A stretch of DNA of 62,060 nucleotides from a virus (taxonomy: Duplodnaviria; Caudoviricetes): positions 1-62,060 of IMG/VR virus record IMGVR_UViG_3300044970_000368, one strand, 5' to 3'. This document shows positions 58,493 to 62,060 of this stretch, one piece after another. A model generated the notes under the pieces. That model did no database searches. It worked only from the letters and a program-made list of their open reading frames with translations, and was not told the origin of the DNA. The first letter of the stretch is position 1. Each line of letters begins with the position of its first letter. A program made the position numbers and the translations under genes.

Positions 58493-60589
58493 TTAAAAAT
58501 AAGTTGTGATCATTACAATTCCGGGTGCGCCATCACCTCCGTTGCCGCCAGTTCCTGTTGCAGCAGATACCGATCCTCCACCGCCACCGCCACAACCAAA
58601 CCCAGTGGCATTTGCTCCTGCCCCGCCATTTCCTCCAGCAAATGTAGATGCACCCCCACCCCCACCACCACTACCATTGATTACGAGCGATGGTATTGCG
58701 CGAGGGGTAACAGCTGCTCCATTCCCTCCATTGCCAGTAGTTGAGGCAATTCCGCCAACCCCAGTTCCGCCCGAAATAAACTGCGCTGCTCCACCCGTTC
58801 CTCCGTTAAATGGAGTTGTTATTGAACATCCGCCTCCAGCACCACCAGCTGACGGGGCGTAACTTTGTCCTGATCCACTTCCTCCAGCGGCAGTTATATT
58901 TCCAGCTCCTCCTATATTTCCAGCAGGCGCACCGGGCAAACCCGCAGTTGATGCCCCTCCTGCCACTCCAACCCCACCAATACCCCCTCCGTTGGCGTTT
59001 ACAAAAACACCTAAAGTTGATCCGCTTACATTTGACGGAGTTCCTGCTGTTGCATTTCCCGTAGTTCCTCCAGACCCACCAGAACCAACTGTTACTGTAT
59101 ATGTTGCATCTGTTAAATTGGCGGCATTTACCAATACCCTTGTGTAACCAGCAGACGCACCGCCACCACCTCCAGATACGGAAGCTCCAGCGGCAACTTG
59201 AATTCCTCTGCCACCACCGCCACCACCACCAACGCATTCAACTACAACTTGTTTTGCGCCTGCTGGTTTTGTCCATGTGCCAGCACCTACGAATCGGTCA
59301 ATTTGTGGAGAAATCGTTCCGCCAGTCGCTCCGGTTGCGCCTTGCTCTCCAACTCCAGTTGCTCCAGTCGCTCCAACCCCAGTTGCCCCAGTGCTACCCG
59401 TTGCTCCAACGCCTGTTGCACCTTGAACGCCAGTTGCGCCTTGAGGCCCAAGCTGGTTATACATCACCTGCATTACTGAAATAATTACAGATGGAATATT
59501 CGGTGCTGGTGCAGTTGCTGTATTGTGGTCAATACCAATATTGGTATTGTTAGTTGACCACATGATCTGGAAATTGTCTCCAGCGGCAAAATTATCCATG
59601 AAGTCCCACGCAGCAACCACATATGGATTATTTGTTGGAACAGATACGCGAGTAGCAGAATCTGGAATATCAGTTCCATTTTTACGGAACCAAATTTGAA
59701 CAATATCGCCGCCACCTCCACCACCATTGTTATGCAATTGAGCGGAGAATTGAATGTCGTATGTTCCCGAACTTGTAAAAGTAATTTGTGATCCACTAAC
59801 TACTGAAATACCATTTTGTCCAATGACATTATTTACTGTCATTGCATATGCAGTATTAATAACGGCAGCAGTTTGATCAACATTGCTAAAATATGATCCG
59901 TAAAAACCAGACGCTCCACCAGCACCTGTCAAACCTGTAGCACCTTGCAAACCTGTAGCTCCCGTAGCTCCGCTTGCACCTACTCCAGTAGCTCCTGTAG
60001 CACCATCGTTACCTGCGGCTCCAGTGGCTCCAGTGCTTCCTGTAGCACCATCCGCGCCAGCAACGCCCGTAGCCCCGGTCGATCCTGTAGCTCCATCTGC
60101 CCCAGCAATACCCGTGGCTCCAGTCGCACCATCGTTTCCACTTAACCCAGTCGCGCCTGTGCTTCCTGTAGCTCCGTCATTGCCAGACAAACCAGTGGCT
60201 CCTGTGCTACCTTGACCACCTGCGGTTCCTGTCGCGCCAGTTGCTCCATTAGTTCCAGCAGTTCCAGTAGCACCTGTGGAGCCTTGGTTGCCTTGCACGC
60301 CAGTAGCACCAGTGCTACCTTGACCACCTGCAACTCCTGTAGCACCAGTCGATCCAACTCCTGTAGCTCCTGTAGCCCCTGTTACACTTGATCCCGTAGC
60401 ACCTGTCGCGCCAACTAAACCAGTTGCCCCAGTGCTTCCAGAACCTGTCGCGCCTGTGCTGCCCTGAATTCCGGTAGCTCCTGTCGGGCCACCACTTGGG
60501 CCAGTGGCTCCTGTTGCGCCAATTCCAGCGGTTGCTGAACTTCCGATAAAATCAAGTTTACCTGTGAATGGATTGAATGTAAGTGCCAT
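58493..60589 (-). CDS. Collagen-like fibre with Gly-rich tip domain
   Basis: GAT repeats; [12 protein letters not shown]; ends [12 protein letters not shown]. Confidence 0.8.
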   Translation of the reverse strand: MALTFNPFTGKLDFIGSSATAGIGATGATGPSGGPTGATGIQGSTGATGSGSTGATGLVGATGATGSSVTGATGATGVGSTGATGVAGGQGSTGATGVQGNQGSTGATGTAGTNGATGATGTAGGQGSTGATGLSGNDGATGSTGATGLSGNDGATGATGIAGADGATGSTGATGVAGADGATGSTGATGAAGNDGATGATGVGASGATGATGLQGATGLTGAGGASGFYGSYFSNVDQTAAVINTAYAMTVNNVIGQNGISVVSGSQITFTSSGTYDIQFSAQLHNNGGGGGGDIVQIWFRKNGTDIPDSATRVSVPTNNPYVVAAWDFMDNFAAGDNFQIMWSTNNTNIGIDHNTATAPAPNIPSVIISVMQVMYNQLGPQGATGVQGATGVGATGSTGATGVGATGATGVGEQGATGATGGTISPQIDRFVGAGTWTKPAGAKQVVVECVGGGGGGGRGIQVAAGASVSGGGGGASAGYTRVLVNAANLTDATYTVTVGSGGSGGTTGNATAGTPSNVSGSTLGVFVNANGGGIGGVGVAGGASTAGLPGAPAGNIGGAGNITAAGGSGSGQSYAPSAGGAGGGCSITTPFNGGTGGAAQFISGGTGVGGIASTTGNGGNGAAVTPRAIPSLVINGSGGGGGGASTFAGGNGGAGANATGFGCGGGGGGSVSAATGTGGNGGDGAPGIVMITTYF

Positions 60590-60591
60590 AA

Positions 60592-60861
60592 TTAAGAAAT
60601 TACTACATTAACAAGATTGGCATCATTTACTGTTGGAGGCTGAACTGAATATGTCAGTGTAAGCGTAGCAACAACAACAGAGTTGTTTTTATATACAACA
60701 GTAGCAATGTTGTTTGTTGTTCCGTAATATGTCAATGCAAGTTCGTCATATTCTGGAATTTGAAAACCTTGCAGATTTGCAATTGATGTTTCAATTGAAT
60801 TGAATCCATCTAAAACAAGGTGACGATATTTTGCTGTGTCAAGAATTGAGGGTATATCCAT
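60592..60861 (-). CDS. Small structural protein
   Basis: 89 aa, beta-rich, between fibre genes. Confidence 0.6.
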   Translation of the reverse strand: MDIPSILDTAKYRHLVLDGFNSIETSIANLQGFQIPEYDELALTYYGTTNNIATVVYKNNSVVVATLTLTYSVQPPTVNDANLVNVVIS

Positions 60862-60877
60862 AATTTAAATATAAATG

Positions 60878-61057
60878 TTAAGTGAGTGTATGTCCATCGT
60901 TTTGTTTTTCTTTGATAATTGAATAGTCAACTTCGCTCCGTTTGACGGCATATGTTCCTTCTGGCAAAGGCCAAGTTTCCGTATTGCCGTCCCAACGAAT
61001 TCCCATTTCAATCTCGTGTGTTTCAGAATTAACAATAAGCCAGTCGTCGATTTCCAT
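60878..61057 (-). CDS. Small fibre-partner protein, copy 1 (59 aa, not in ORF track)
   Basis: Paralog of 58326..58490. Confidence 0.7.
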   Translation of the reverse strand: MEIDDWLIVNSETHEIEMGIRWDGNTETWPLPEGTYAVKRSEVDYSIIKEKQNDGHTLT

Positions 61058-61059
61058 AA

Positions 61060-61962
61060 TTAAAAATAAGTTGTGATCATTACAATACCGGGTGCGCCAT
61101 TACCTCCATTGCCTGCTACTAAACCAACAGTATCGCTTGAGCAAGAACCACCTCCACCACCACCACAACCAAATCCAGAAGCATTTCCGCCTGCGCCACC
61201 ATTTGATGTTCTTGATGATCCACCACCTCCACCACCTCCGCCACTCATAAGGAGGGATGGAATGCTAGTAATTGGTGTAACTATGCCGCCTGCGCCACCT
61301 CCAAGCGTCCCTGCTGCTGCTGTAGGCAATCCCGATATGCTGTTATTTCCACCCAGCCCTCCTGCAAATGCTGCTGTTGTAGATGTCCCGCCTCCAGACC
61401 CACCAGCACTTGGCCCGTGATTGGCTGCTGCACCAGAACCTGTTGTTCCTCCTGCTGCTCCTGCTGTTCCAGAAAGTCCAAAAGTTCCCTGCGGAAGCCC
61501 TGAAAAACCTCCCGTTGAATTGCCCGGAGTAGCCCCGACTCCACCACCACCACCTCTACTGGCAGAAATAAATGTTCCAAGCGTGCTTCCAGCAATAGAT
61601 GAATTTCCACCCGGCCCTGCGCTTGCACCACCAGCAGTTCCACCAGACCCTCCAGCCCCAACTGTTACTGTATATGTGGCATCTGTTAAATCAGCGGCAT
61701 TTAGTGTTACACGGGAATATCCCCCAGACCCTCCAGCACCACCACCAGAAGAAATTGTAGCAGCGGCAACTTTCAAGCCTGCACCACCCCCGCCACCACC
61801 AGCAACAATCTCAAAGAAAACTTGCTTTGCGCCTGCTGGTTTTGTCCATGTGCCAGAACCAATGAATCGGTCAATTTGAGGAGAAAGCGTTGCTCCAGTT
61901 GCGCCAGTTGCGCCTTGCGCCCCGACTCCAGTTGCTCCAGTAGCTCCAACTCCAGTAGCACC
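61060..61962 (-). CDS. Collagen-like fibre, C-terminal Gly-rich tip (continuation of 1..1170)
   Basis: In frame across the junction; tip is paralogous to 58493..60589. Confidence 0.85.
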   Translation of the reverse strand, partial: GATGVGATGATGVGAQGATGATGATLSPQIDRFIGSGTWTKPAGAKQVFFEIVAGGGGGGAGLKVAAATISSGGGAGGSGGYSRVTLNAADLTDATYTVTVGAGGSGGTAGGASAGPGGNSSIAGSTLGTFISASRGGGGGVGATPGNSTGGFSGLPQGTFGLSGTAGAAGGTTGSGAAANHGPSAGGSGGGTSTTAAFAGGLGGNNSISGLPTAAAGTLGGGAGGIVTPITSIPSLLMSGGGGGGGGSSRTSNGGAGGNASGFGCGGGGGGSCSSDTVGLVAGNGGNGAPGIVMITTYF

Positions 61963-62060
61963 TGTGCTACCCGTTGCACCATCGTTGCCGCTCAATCCAG
62001 TAGCACCTGTTGCGCCAACATCACCTTGAACGCCCGTTGCTCCTGTTGCTCCATCAATGC
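61963..62060. repeat. Terminal direct repeat, copy 2
   Basis: Identical to 1-98. Confidence 0.95.

Noticed and set aside
58493-61962. Diversity-generating retroelement TR/VR pair
   Set aside because: No reverse transcriptase, differences are not adenine-specific, and both copies are coding

Overview
This window appears to be a complete circular or circularly permuted tailed dsDNA phage genome of about 61,962 bp. Bases 1-98 repeat exactly at 61963-62060, and a collagen-like fibre ORF reads in frame across that junction. Essentially all genes are on the minus strand. Layout: capsid, scaffold, portal and terminase; a glycosyltransferase/methyltransferase/MazG/dCMP-deaminase block between terS and terL; a replication-recombination module (RecT-like annealase, Cas4-like nuclease, initiator, DnaB, SSB, RusA-like resolvase); a podovirus-like tail and ejection region with a 2376-aa polyvalent protein; four collagen-like fibres; and a CHAP/holin lysis cassette. 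I recognised no DNA polymerase, primase, integrase, tRNA or CRISPR array. Best candidates for new biology: (1) an Erv1/Alr-like sulfhydryl-oxidase domain with Cys-rich virion proteins, Thr-rich collagen fibres and three glycosyltransferases, suggesting a virion-modification toolkit more typical of giant viruses; (2) a RusA-like resolvase whose two halves lie in overlapping reading frames; (3) two kissing-loop RNA elements with the same design, one leading a ~490-nt structured antisense-strand RNA and one leading the replication initiator; (4) a PP-loop enzyme and a YkgJ Cys-cluster gene placed between paralogous ejection-type proteins, two of which end in FGG-X. All calls come from reading motifs by eye; no searches or folding programs were run.
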